From the human T2T-CHM13v2.0 reference genome, Homo sapiens, in NCBI RefSeq assembly GCF_009914755.1, contig NC_060930.1: a stretch of 64,000 nucleotides of DNA. One strand, 5' to 3'. The notes below the pieces were generated by a model. It was given only the letters and a program-made list of their open reading frames with translations, ran no database searches and was not told the origin of the DNA. Made by a program: the position numbers and the translations under genes. Numbering within the stretch: position 1 is the stretch's first letter; the number at the start of each line of letters is the position of its first letter. Positions 45,541 to 59,670 of this stretch are shown here, in pieces.

Positions 45541-46699
45541 AGAAAAATATTTTGAGTGGTTCCCAAGTGAGGAAAACCTAAGATTTTCTTCTTTTAAAGA
45601 ATAAAACGGATGACAGATTGGGAAATTAATTTTGCTAATAAAATATTTTGATCCTTTTCAGTAAAAAGCAACTATCAAAGCTGGGAAAAATACCAATAGC
45701 CTTTATTCTTCCCTTTTAAACAATGTGTGAAATAGAAAATTTTAATAAAATTTAATTATCTCCTTTTTAATTTTATGAATTTCTCATTTTTAGAAGCATC
45801 TTTATATGTCCTACCATTATTCAGTTTATAAAAAATAAGTTTGTTTCCTTTTTGAATTATTGTTAATATTCTTTAAAATTTGGTACAAAGACAATATGAA
45901 GATATTTTAACTGAAGAATATGAATACAGTGGTTCTTTGTGTTAGATTGTGCCCAATTTTCACAAAGTGAAAGTTTCTACCTTCGTCTTGACTGCAGGAA
46001 TAAAAATCTCCTGTGAGCAGAGATTGTTGACTCAAGAGTCCTCATCATTCTACCTGATGAGATAACACTCCCTAATTTAAAATATTGTTAAACAAAATAA
46101 ATATTTTCTTGGGACAGAATGCTTTGTGGTTTAGTGACTCAACTCTCTCTGTACTGGAAGCCTCAACCAGTGGCACAAGAAAAAAACTTGTTTTGTATCA
46201 TCCCTGACTGAAAAAAAAAAAGCATTTGTTTTATACCCACTGAGTACAGGTTATAGAGACAGAAGGTGATATGGTTCTTAGCTCCTAAAAAGCCTATGAT
46301 TAAATTGAGAAACTGATATATGTTCCCGGAAAACCTAGATGAACACTTACTAAATAGTACTAGGTGCAACTATATGAAATTGCCATATTTGACTGGTTTT
46401 GACCTACAAAAATGGTATTTCATAATGTTGAACCTCGAAGTTCAAAACCACTTACTTTCTCTCCCCTGCATTATGCACATCCTTCAGTTCTCTGTGTCAA
46501 GAGCTGTACAAGAAGCCTGTGCTAAGCCTGGCAGTCCCAGCACCCAGCCCAGGGAAGACGTGGGGCTGGTGGCTTTCCCCTTCCAGGGCTGTGCACCTGC
46601 TGTGCTGCCTCTCTTCTTCTGCCCTCTACTCTCCCTCAGCTACATTATTTCCACATATAGAATTTTCCTTCCTTTAAAGCACATCCTCACCTTATTTGA

Positions 46700-47116
<417 letters not shown>

Positions 47117-50100
47117 TAAAAGTAAAGCTAGTGATGCATTTGTGTGACGGAAAGGGAAAAACCATGAATCTTGATGTGAAATTAGAAATAATAATCATCA
47201 ACATGTGGTAACAACAAAAGCTCTGTAAAGTCATGTTACAGCCTGTGAAAAATTCTCCACCCACCATCTCTTTCTGATGAAACTGATGTTTCTCAATAAT
47301 CCCTATTCTTAAAAAGAGAATAATCTACACTTGAGAAAAATAGACACTATTTCTCACACCATTTTATTGCTTTCTTTTTCTTTTTAAAAACTAGTATTGA
47401 AACAATTCTGTGATTTATAACGACGTCCTTTTCTTTTTGCTGTAGTGTAATATTTCAGCTACATGAAATTGACTTTTAGGGGCTTATGAAACAGGATTTA
47501 TTACAATCAGGGAAATCTTGGAGGAAGTGAATTTTGAAATTAGACTTGATGGAATTTGATAGCCAAAGATTACAAAGAGGAGAGGCAAAAGCATTAATAG
47601 AAAACCCAAGCAAAGACATATAAATAATGAAGCAAGTTGTATGTATGGGAAGGGCAAACAAATCTGTCTGACCACAGCTGGAAGTCTGAGGTGGAGGGAG
47701 GGGAGAAGGAGGTTAGAGTGGTATTGGAACACCCTTAGGGTGGGAATTTGAAGCTGACATTTGGAGCTTGTGACTAGCATCTTTGCAAGGACAACTTTAT
47801 TTGGATAGATGGAGAGCAGGGATACTGTGATAATCTCTTTTTCCCTCTGCTTGCCTCTGCACCTTAGAGAATTTCTATTCATGAGAGCTGAGGTGATAAA
47901 TATCAGTCCATCTCAGATTCAGCTTCACAGCCATTCTATTGTCTTCAGTCAGCAAAACTGTATCCCTGATGTGTTGCTAATACATAAAGATTTTTCATGA
48001 GAAATGATTTTAAATTAGAGTTCTCTTTTGAAACATTAACACCAGTTAATTGAACTAATTCATTAGGTATTTGATGACAATTCTAGTCGCTACATAAGGA
48101 TGTGTCTAGGAAGCCTTAAAGCAGCTTTGGTCCCTTGTGGAGTTCACCTACCTGGTGCAGGTGAGTGAGAGAAGCCAAAGATATGATTCAGACAATTATG
48201 AATTATGTACTAATTACTGATCATTTTGTATTAATCACCAGACAACTAGCAGGTGCTTGGAAATTGAGTAAGTGGAACACGATGAAACTGACAGTTATAA
48301 AAATTAATGTAAAAAATGAACCTCCATAAGAATTATTTTGAAAAACTAAAAAATATAAGGAAATCTCTCTCATATTGAAAATGATTTTTTTAGTTTTATA
48401 TTATTATCAAAAGGCATTTACTATAAGCACCATATTATGTGTAGGAATGTTTTAGAGGTCTTGCAAGTAACCTTTAAAGACTCAATTCTTATAAAGATTT
48501 ATAGAACACCATATAAAAGAATATATTGAATAGAGCCTTGAAACCTCTGAATTATAGCTGTGAGAAAGTTGAGAGTATATGATCTATAAGAAAAGTAGGT
48601 GTTTGTGAGTTCAGAAGATACAATAAATGCTAAAAAATGTTTGATACAAGGAAGAGTTACACAATTTCTCTTGAAAGTTTATTGCTTCTGGAAATGCCAT
48701 GAAGTAATGATGATTGCGGCAGTGTAAGTGCCATCAAAGCTCAGGATTGATGAAGATAATTATTTGAGTGCCTGGAAGGATTAACTAAGGCAGACGAGTT
48801 TCGTGCCAGGTTGTTTAGGGACCCCAGAGTTTAAGAGACTCTTACTAATTGTTGCTGGCATGAGTTTTGGACTAGAGAGCTAAGGTGGGGCAAAGGTAAA
48901 CAAAATAGGCAGATGATGCATATTAAAGATGCTATAAAGTTAACTTCAAAGTGTGTGCCATCACCACAGACTTCTGGAAAATAATAACCAACAGACCAGT
49001 TTTGCATGTAACTATCGTGGTTAGGAGGAGGTGCTTTTGAACCAAAGCTTTATATTGACATTATTTGAAACAGTCATAAACAGCAACAGGCTCTGCAAGC
49101 AGCTGCTATCTTCATGAATCAAACCACCTTTGCAGAAAGCGCTTTGTATTCACTCAGCCAGCAAACTCTTACAGAGCATCTGTGATGTGACAGATGTTAT
49201 TATATGCCACGGCAGAAACAACGGGACTCATACCCAGGAGCCCCTTAAAGAGATGAGATGAGAGAAAGAGCCATCAGTGATAAGTAAGCTAAAATATAAC
49301 AAAATTGCCTGGAATATAGGGTGTGTAGGGGAGCTACATTTGAAAAGTTAGACTGGGTCCAGAAGGTGAAAGCACTTGAATACCAGACAATGAAGTTAGG
49401 GCTTTATTCTGTAGACAGTGCTGAGCTATCTGTTGGTTTTCAAACCAGACAGTACATCAGGAAGATCAATCTATTTGTAAAGTTAGAATTGGTTAAAGGC
49501 TGCAGGAGACACTCAGTAGCAGAGAATAACTGGAATCTTACTAAATTGAAGACATAATGAAGTTTAGAAGTAGGATAGTAGTGGTTGGAATGCACAAGAG
49601 TAGATGGATGTCATACTGGTGAGGTGGAAGAAACAGTTTTCTTGTATTTATAACTGCCTCCCTGTCACTTCTTCCTCTAAAAGATTTACAGTAGTTTGCA
49701 TCCAATTGACAATGCAAATAAATACAGATCAGAACACTAAAAGAATGATAGTGTGATAAGAGAAACAATTACTTTACAGAAACACACATTCATAATGTTT
49801 TATATAATTGTTAAAATTGATTCATGATCAAGTACATGGACCTCATTGTCTAAAAGACAAGGAGTGAAAAAGAGAAAAGCTCTTCTTGGCATTTCAGAAT
49901 GAGAGAAATCTTTCCCTTCAGTCTCCATATAAAGGATATTAAGTAAGATGGTACCTAACATCCTTCTTGGCATCCCTGCAATAGGTCCAACCAAGAGTTC
50001 TACGTGGCTGCATCTTATAGTGTCCCTCAAAGCAAGTTCAAATGCGATGACAAAGGACCCCTTGATGAGTGATCAGAGGTGGATTGATTGGAGCAGGAGG

Positions 50101-50177
50101 GCTCAAAGATGACTCCTCAGAGTTGCCCCTGGTACTTTAGGACTATTTCTCTACCCTTGTGCCTATAACCACATAAT

Positions 50178-50470
50178 TTTTTTTTTCATTTTTAGTTTTT
50201 GTGGGTACATAGTAAGTGTATATATTTATAGAATACATGAGATATTTTGATACAGGCATATAATGTGTAATAATTGCATCAGGGTAAATGGGGTATCTTT
50301 CACCTCAAGCATTTATCCTTCCTTTGTGTTACAAACAATCCAATTATTTTCTTTTAGTTATTTTTTAATGTACAATAAAGTAGTGTTGACTGTAGTCACC
50401 CTGTTGTGCTATGAAATACTAGATCTTATTCATTCTATCTAACTGTATTTTTGTATCCATGAATATAACC
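50178..50470 (-). mobile_element. L1MA-type 3' UTR fragment
   Basis: ttttgtgggtacatagtaagtgtatatattt...tcacctcaagcattt...gtcaccctgttgtgctat. Confidence 0.8.
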
Positions 50471-51324
50471 ATATTCTGCCAGGCTTTTTCCTCCTTGCCT
50501 GCTCCATGGTAATATCACCAGAAGCTTTGTTTGGTGCTACAAAGGATAACAATTGAAAATACCCTCTTTTGCATTATTAATTTGTTATTCATGAGCTTAG
50601 TAAGATCATTAGTCTTTCTTTGGGGAGTATTGACACTGTCAAAATAAAAGCTACATTTTCTCTTCTCTGCCATTAGATGATAAGAATTTGAATTGCCTTA
50701 AAAGGAAAATTCCAGCAATCAAAAAAATCTTCTTTTGTATTTCGACAACTGAAAACAAAACTTGTCCAACTTGACTCTTATAAAGAGAAGCTGAAAAAAA
50801 TGCCATGACCTTCAGCTTCTCTAAATCAGAGCATGTGCAATCACGCGTGAAACACAATACTCTTGATAAAACCGAGCCGTTCCTTGAGGCACAGACCTCG
50901 GTTCCTCAGTTCTCCTGGGGATTTGCACAATTCTCCTGGTTGTTTGGTCCTCGGCCTTGGCTTCTCTTTGCTTGTGCCCAGAATGAAATCATTTCTTCCT
51001 CTGGGACCAATGCTAATAAAGCCAAACCTTGTGGAACCTAGCCTGGTTCTGGGCGAGTTTCATGGTTCGTTAATCATGTGGAGTGATCCGAAATCATCAA
51101 AATCAACATACTAGTGGTCCTGAGATATTTTGCTTAACTTTCACAGACTCGGTAGCACCCAAAGCCTCGATTTCACAAGATAGAAGTATTAAGGCAAACA
51201 TTTCCAGCCTTTGTTGGAGAGATGATTTGCATTCCACTGGTCAGGTGTGAGGGGGAACTTAAACATTTCTGCACCACACAGCATATTGGGAGATGGCTCC
51301 CAGCCTTCAGGCTGCCATTTTGAA

Positions 51325-51480
51325 AGACTTGGTGGCTCACACCTGTAATCCTGGCACTTTGGGAGGCTGAGGCAAGACAATCATTTGAGACCAGGAGTTC
51401 AAAACCAGCTTAGGCAACATAGTGAGACCCCGTCTTTACAAAAACCAACAAAACAAACAAACAAACAGACAAACAAAAAC
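51325..51480 (+). mobile_element. FLAM/Alu left monomer
   Basis: gtggctcacacctgtaatcc...; (aaac)n tail. Confidence 0.85.
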
Positions 51481-51789
51481 CATCAAAGTGCCCAGGAAGG
51501 TGAATGCAATCAGGAAGTAGAGGCTGACTGGACAAAAAAGGATGAGTAGAGGAGTGATATTCTTGTGCAACCACTAGATGGCAGAGTTTCTGCATTCTAT
51601 TACCATTGGCAACAAGAAATACTTGGGTTAGTGGTGTAGCATCCTTTACATACCTGTAACTTTCAGGATGCTTTGTATTTTAAAAACTCGAATGAGCATA
51701 GCAAATTATTTTCATTTCCCCATCCAACTTGGAATTTTGTGATCGTGAAACTCATCTACTGAGAATTTAAAATTAGTCTCTGAGTGAGG

Positions 51790-52250
51790 AGTTGGGTGGG
51801 TTCTCTACTCCTAACTCTGTCATTAGCCGTGTGACTTTGAACAATGAATATCTCTGGGCCTCAATGAACTCATCTGAAAAATGGTATGGTTGGGTCACTA
51901 GATTATCTCTAAGGGATCTTCCAACCCAGACATTCTCCTTTCATATCTGAGCCTGATAAATATGCTAGCTCAAAGTACCATCTATATAATTCCTTATAAA
52001 TTATTATTCAGGACATGTCAACTGACATTCATATGCATAATTACAATAGCTGATACTTATTGAGAACCTACTATATGGCAGTACTAGGCTAAGCATTTTA
52101 CAAGTTTTACCTAATTTAATTCTCTTAACAATTTATCACTCCCATTTTGCAGATGAAGAAACTGAGGCTTAAAGAAGTAACTAGCTCAAGATCATATAGC
52201 TAATGGCCAGGCTGGTATGACTCTGAAATCTGTGTGTATACATTGCTATA
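51790..52250. mobile_element. MIR fragments (+ at ~51790-51930, - at ~52040-52250)
   Basis: ctctgggcctca...ctcatctg.aaaatgg and cccattttgcagatgaagaaactgaggct. Confidence 0.7.
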
Positions 52251-53797
52251 TTTGATCCTTTATTCAGCTGAGAAAAAATACAAATTTGAAGACAACACTG
52301 CTTCTGAAGGAAAAACCCATTCTGTAAATCCAAAATTCTAGGTTTTCCAAGGGAAATAGATTGTGGGGTTTTGTTTTATTTCTGGAGATGGGAGAGATTT
52401 ACATGGCTCTATCCTCACACTGTCATTAGATGCCTCTTTGTGAGCCTGGGCTTCCAGTACCATGTACATGGGTAACCAGCAGGCACAACACTGTCAGTCA
52501 GTCACATGGTTTCTGAGGAACAATGTCTCTTCAAATCTGCAATAAAGTGACTGAACCAGGTAATCACCAGGGACTTTTTCAGGTCTAGCATTATCTGATG
52601 GTATGTGTCCGTAATCTAATACAGGGTCTAATGTTAGCAGGAAAGAGGTTGCTCAGTAAATGGTTGCTCTCTACCATTTAGCAGTTGCAGTAAAGAAACA
52701 CCATGCACACTATTAGTGCCATTTGTTAGTGAATTAAGTTTTCTCCTTCCTTTGTGGCCAGAAAACTTATGCATGTTACAACCAATGCCTTAATTCAGAA
52801 GAGTGGTTCTAGTATCTGGTGTCTTAGGTTCCCTTGAGGAAATAATTCAATTCAATGCAGGTGGAAGCACTTTTTGGTAACTTTGAAATCACAACTCTGA
52901 GGCTCAGTTGAACACAGTAATAATTCTTTGGATAGACAATAGATGGCAGTACAGCATCAATTTATAACTTATAAACTATAGTTAAACCTAAACTTTTATG
53001 CTACATTTTATTATTTTGGATGTACATTACTATAAAACAAGAATTATTAAAAAACTTATTTAACTTGCCTTATATTAGGCTACACATATTTAAATGCTTA
53101 AGGAACAACTTGGTGGTGTAGACCAACATTAGGAAAACTCGAACTAGATTTATCAGGGCCACTTTCAAGGGCTTTGGAGAGGCCCTAGCACTGTCAATCT
53201 TGAGAAAGTAAGAGATTCTCTTTTCTTTTTATTAAAGAGGCCCGCCCCCTTCTTATATAAGCTTTAGGTCTCACAATTCTGGGATTTGTCTGAGAATAGC
53301 CATGCGGCTCTTTTAACTTGGGAAAGGGAAAACAGTCTTGCCGTTATTAATTTTGCTACCAACTTAATCTCCAGGGAGAGGGGCAATCTGGTTTTTTAAA
53401 GTAAGCCAAATAAAAAGGAAACATAATTGAATGAATTGGCAAATGTTCCACTTACTTCTAAGTCTGAGTAAAATCAAGTACCATACTTAACACTGAAACT
53501 TTCACTCTGGCAGTATAATATCTGTGCTAAAAAGAAAAGGGAGGTACAAAGGAGTATAATTAGCAAGTTAATAAATTATCCTCTGCTAAGACTGCAGACC
53601 AATATGATAGCATTTGGCGGTTGTTTTATGTTATTTACCCAAGAGGTTATTGTCGTTACTAAATGACCAGTTGTGACTATTCACAAAGGAAACTGTGCTT
53701 CCATTGGCACATAAATTTCTCATCAGGGAGCCAAGCTTAGCCTCTGTTATGACCACCTACACCCTACTCATCAGGAGTAAAACTAAAATTAACCCTT

Positions 53798-54070
53798 TGG
53801 GTACAAAAATAATAGAAAGAATGAATAAGACCCAGTATTTGATGGCACAACAGGGTGACTATAGTGATAATAATGTAATTGTACACTTAAAAATAACTAA
53901 AAGAATATAATTGGATTGTTTGTAACACAAAAGATAAATGCTTGAGGGGATGGATGCCCCATTCTTGATGATGTGATTATTACACTTTGAATGCTTGTAC
54001 CTCAGGTACCTCATAAATATATATATATATATATATATCTACTATGTACCCACAAAAATTAAAATAATAA
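53798..54070 (+). mobile_element. L1MA-type 3' UTR fragment
   Basis: gggtacaaaaa..tagaaagaatgaataagac...gcacaacagggtgactatagt...ctactatgtacccacaaaaattaaa. Confidence 0.85.
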
Positions 54071-55842
54071 TAATGAAAACATTACCCTTTGGAAAAGAAA
54101 AGTTAACAAACTTTCCAATTGGTCTTTCCTGTTGCAAACATTTATTAAGGTTGGCTTTTAGGCTAGGGAGACTTATCTATGTGTAGTTCCAGAGGTAACC
54201 ATTATTCGGAATTGAAAATATTTCTGCCCATTCGATAAGCCCCTATGTCTACTAGACCTTAATATCCTTGAGGGCAGGGAGTGGAATTGTTCACCTTTGT
54301 GTGCTTTGATATATGACATGTCATGGAAGATCTAGAAAATGCTGAAAGAATGAATGCTAGATAGTGTTACAAAGTTGCTTTAGGTCTTAGAGACCTCTTG
54401 GCACGATTTCAAGTGTATTATTTCTGGGTAATACATTGTGAAGGTTGTGTTTCAGGAGACAAACTTGTCCAGTAAGCTTGCTAGGAGTAGAAGGCCTGTG
54501 ACTGACTCTAGAGAGGAAGTAGAACATGCTCCTGGGACGGCCTGAGTTTCCGGGGCTGGGCAAGAAGCTGCCCTGAAGCAGAGTTCTGTTTGCGAAGCCC
54601 ACTCAGCCCACACATCCTGTGACCTTGCCTCACCTCCAACCAAGTCCTGGAGCAAACTGTGAAATCATGGCGTCCATGGCCAGGTGCACAGCAGCACTGT
54701 CTGGATCTGGGTCACGAGGAAAGGGAATTTAGCCAACACCCCATCATTCTCCTCCTCTCAAGGGGAAGCAGAGGTTATTGGGTATACCACACACACTCAG
54801 CAGTTCCTGTTTTAGAATGATGGTGAAGGAAGGGCCGTCCCTGGAACTGTCTGTGATAGTCCTCACCTCCTCTAGCCACTGAAAAACTAAGCCTTCCCCC
54901 AGGGCCATGTGTACCCTCCCATCCGGGAAATCATGACCCCAAGTATAGAGAACTGACTCTTGGATAGCACACTGTGTCGACTTAGTTTATCCCCCAAATC
55001 AGGAGAGCAGGCAGGTTCACAGGGTTCAACACGCTACAAGGCCCAAATTATGAAAGTTCCTACTCTGGTAGCTCAAATTCCATCTTAAATATGTGTCATC
55101 TCTACCTCTCCCAAAGTGTAGCAAGTGTGGGGAACATATTTCAAGACAAAGCTAGGGAGAGGATAGAATGCACATCGACATCCATTTCTACCCTCTCCCT
55201 TCTCCTTTTTTCCTAATTGAACCTCAGCTTCTTCAGGTGCCTAATTTCTGCACAGTAGTGTCCTTCAGGTCTCAGCCTCAAAGGGTTGGGTCCGGTGATC
55301 AGTTTAGTGCAGGTATGAAAAGAAGCCTGCTAGGTGGCTTCTAGAGGAGATTTCCCCCACTTCTAAGCAAGTTACACAGGAAGGAATTATCATACCTCTA
55401 TGTGACAGCTAGAAATGTAGCAGTGACTAAATTCAGTAGCAAAGGAATACACTAGTTAAACCAACTTAGTCTACCCCTTTTGTTTTATATGTGATAATAT
55501 ATTTTGTTTTTTATCAGGCTTCTGTGAGTTGGACTGTTATTTCCAGGCAAAAGGATCCTATGTTTTAAGCAGGGATTGTATCACAAGCAAAATACATAGA
55601 AAAGGCTACACTTGCCAGCTTTTAATTATGTAATACATAAGTATCTAGGAAGAAGAGATAGGTCTTTTTTGGAGTGCCCGTCTCCGACAATACAAAGCTT
55701 AGGAAGCACAGGTAGATTGCTTTTATCTCTCTTGTCACTTGGAGTCAGTCAATGGGCACATATGTTTTTCCAAAAAGGAAAAATATTAAGGGGAGCAGAC
55801 TGCCTAACATTTGTGGTTGACTTTTCACAATGTGTAAGTCTA

Positions 55843-55931
55843 ATCTATGGCCACACCACCCTAAATGCACCTGATCTTGTCTGATGTCAGAAGCTAAGCA
55901 GGGTCGGGCCTGGTTAGTACTTGAATGGCTG
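55843..55931 (+). pseudogene. 5S rRNA retropseudogene, 3'-truncated and tailless
   Basis: Matches 5S nt 1 to ~89 (…gaagctaagcagggtcgggcctggttagtactt…); no poly(A); TSD acaatgtgtaagtc at 55827-55840 and 55932-55945. Confidence 0.95.
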
Positions 55932-56407
55932 ACAATGTGTAAGTCCACAGCAGTTGGAATAAGCTTTCAAGTCCTAGGAGTCTTCTCTTGTTTGCTACTT
56001 CTTTGGCATATTTGTGAGCAGAAGGACAAGGTGAACACTAACTTAGGGTACTGGAACAATTAATAAAAATAGGTCTTGATGTAAGACACATTCATGGTAA
56101 GACGATGACAGCATTTCAACTTTAAGGTATTTTTCAGTTGTTACTTAAATTCTCCTGAGCTATATGTGTTTCTCTTTCCCTTCAAAAATACTGTATTTAA
56201 ATTCCTAAGAAGATATTAGCCTCACAGGTAGAAATGTATTTTTATATGTGTTTATATATGGCATAATATATTGTCTTTACTGTACACAAGTATTACTTTC
56301 ATAGTATGAAACTAAAGGAAAAACAAAAAGAAATATATTGCTGCTAATGTACCTTTACATTTTATATAATGCAAACAATAGTGACTTTTTAAAAAAGTAT
56401 GTACAGG

Positions 56408-56788
<381 letters not shown>

Positions 56789-56979
56789 TTAACACTTTGC
56801 TCTATTCCTCTTTATATCCTTGCAACATTGTAGAAATCCCACAAAAGCTTCCGTTTCTGTTGCGAAATGCTGAGGTCTTGCATTTTTAGTTCTCTTTCTA
56901 CTTTACTGGCATTCTTCATTCAAAGCTGTCATTCTGCTCTGGCATCTTTATTCCTGTGCTTACAAAATCTACCAAACCT

Positions 56980-57350
56980 TGGATCAGGTATGATGCTCAA
57001 CTGCAGACAGCAAGGAACACCCAAGTCAAAATGGCTTGAAGAATAGGACGTTTATTATCTAACACAACAAGAACTCCAGAGATAGGTAATTCTGCTTCTC
57101 ATTTCAAGAAATCAAGAGATAGGTATTTCCTCTCTGCTTTTTCCTCAATCTAGTCTCCTTAGGCTAATCCTGCACATGGTCCCAAGATGTTCTATCATAT
57201 TCATCACATGCAGGCATGACACTGGCCTGCAGGAAAGGGAAACTTTCTCTTCTTGTAGAAGACCTTTTCCCCCATTTCTTCAGCAGACGCCTCTCACATC
57301 CCATTGGTCAGGACTGGGCCAGAGAAGCAGGGCAAAGTATGAACATTTTA
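56980..57350 (-). mobile_element. MLT1J-like LTR
   Basis: caagtcaaaatggctt.aa...tttattatctaacacaacaaga...cagcagac..ctctcacatcccattggtcagg. Confidence 0.6.
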
Positions 57351-58379
57351 GAGGGTCAGGGAGACATCAATCAATGTGGTAATATAAACAAGACAGTTAC
57401 ATATGGGCATTTGCCTAAATCAGTTACTGGTGAGGGAAACTGGACACCAGGGTTAGAGCAATCCCGACTGACTACTGGGGCTGGGAGCAGCTTTCTCTGA
57501 GGCATATGGAGGATGAATTGCTGAACAAATTTAGGATTATTAGCAAAGGCAGTGTGTATGGGGGAGGTGGGAGAACAGTGAAGGGTTGGATAAAGGGAAT
57601 GGCTTTGGGGTAGGCAACCATCAGAGTCTGTAAAACATTCTTTCTGCCTTTATTAGTTTCCATTCCTTTTGAATCTGATAAATATTATAATCCTAGGAAC
57701 AGTTCCCATTTCCTGGCATAGTCTAGATTGTTTCTCTAACTGGGATTCAGTTCCCACTTTATTTCCAGTGTTCAGGAAACTTACAAATTTCTTTTTGTTA
57801 TTTCTTAAAAGCCACGACATAGAACAACCAGGAAACTGGAAAATGAAATTGGATTACTTTCATGCCAAAATCTGTCTCTCCATCTAGTTTCTGTCTACCT
57901 CTATCTATCTCTAATTTGTTTTCTGCATAGGATTTAAAAGAATTCAGTTAGGCACAGGGTGAAGTCATCCAGGTTTATTTATAAATGTGCTATGAGAGCA
58001 CCAAATTATCTACAACGCCGTGTAGGTTTTGAAGAATGATTCATTATTTGGGCTGACTGGAAATATATTAATACATGGAGAAATATGCCTTTGGGTTTCT
58101 TGAGATTTTGGCATTGTTCATAGTGTATTGACATGACTGTGGTTCCGTTCTTTGCAGAGCTTTGGATGTAGTCGATGGAAAATATGTGGTTCGAGACTCC
58201 CAGGAATTTCCACTGCACTGTGGGGAATCCCAGTTCTTCCACACCACCAGTGAGGCGCTTGGTTCCTTACTTCTAGAGTCTGGAATATTTAAAAAGGTAA
58301 TGCTTCATTTCTAACGTTTGACTCCCAAGAATAAACCCTTTAAAGAGCTAAAGCACTGTAAGATAGCCTGTCTAAGAAA

Positions 58380-58560
58380 CATATACTTAAAAGTAATGGT
58401 ATATATTGTATATCATAAATTATATATATCATATGTAATATATGTTATATAATATGTATTCTGTAATTTTCTATATAATTATATTTAACAATATAATAAT
58501 TTATTATGTAATCTATTTTTATATAATTATTATATATATCATATATAACATTATATATCA
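58380..58560. repeat. AT-rich low-complexity tract
   Basis: Degenerate (TA)n. Confidence 0.9.
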
Positions 58561-58588
58561 AAGCACCATGATAATAAAGAATGAGCTT

Positions 58589-58901
58589 GGCCGGGCCTGG
58601 TGGCTCACGCCTGTAATCCCAGCATTTTTGGAGGCAGAGGCAGGCGGATCACTTGAGGTCAGGAGTTTGAGACCAGCCTGACCAACATGATGAAACCCAG
58701 ACTCTACTAAAAAAAAAAAAAAAAAAATACAAAAAAATTAGCTGGGTGTGGTGACGGGCACCTGTAATCCCATGTATTCAGGAGGCTGAGGCAGGAGAAT
58801 CGCTTAAACCCAGGAGGTGGAGGTTGTGGTGGAGCTGAGATCATGCCACTGCACTCCAGCCTGAGTGACAGAGTGAGACTGTCTCAAAAAAAAAAAAAAA
58901 A
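58589..58901 (+). mobile_element. AluS (Sx/Sz-like) with expanded middle poly(A)
   Basis: Full dimer; TSD aagaatgagctt on both sides. Confidence 0.95.
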
Positions 58902-59514
58902 GAATGAGCTTAATAAATGAACTTGACTCTTTGCTTTTTGCTGCCTTCAGGTGTCTTCCTCCTTGTAGGTGCCTTTTGCGCGCCCTTTTTTCTTTTATAC
59001 AAACTGGGCTTTAATGCAAAGGCATACAGATTAATATGATGTCAATATTTGGAATTAATTGTTCTTTCCTATAAAAAGCACTTATGCTTTTTTCTACTGT
59101 AAGGCATTTTCAGTTATTTTATCAATAGTTACTTCTTAATATCTAGATGCTTGTACAGAAAGTTCTGACTTAATTATATTGCCTTAAAAGAAAAGTTTTC
59201 TCCAAGGTGGGAGATAGAGAAATGTACTCATGTTAACTGCATTCCTTCACTTGTAGAAAGACATTACTCATGCACTTACTTGTCTGCAGGATGGGAAAGT
59301 AGAATGATATCTTTAGTCACAGGGTGAGTGAGAGCTAGTTTAGCTGCCAGGCCTGAAGGTTGTATAATACATTTCTTGTTATAACTTATTATAAGATCAA
59401 TGAGGGTTAATAGTGAAATATATTTGTCATGAAAGAAATGCTCTCCTCCATCCCAAAAGACATTTGCTTTAGTAATACCATATATTAACGGTTTAAAAAA
59501 TTACTTAGCATGAG

Positions 59515-59670
59515 ATAGAAAGAGTTCTGGAGATTGGCTGCACAACAATATGAATGTACTTAAACTACCGTTAGTGTAGTTAATATATTGATCTGCATAG
59601 TTCTGTATAGTTAAAAATGGTTAAGATGGTAGATTTTGTTATGTGTATTTTACCACAATTAAAAAATGTT
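59515..59670 (+). mobile_element. L1MB-type 3' terminus
   Basis: aaagagttctggagattgg.tgcacaacaat.tgaatgtactta...aaaatggttaagatggta..ttt.gttatgtgtattttaccacaat. Confidence 0.75.

Noticed and set aside
53241-53261. GC box (cccgcccc) next to TATATAAG as a core promoter
   Set aside because: Only 5 bp apart, no CpG island, and the context resembles an old DNA-transposon end
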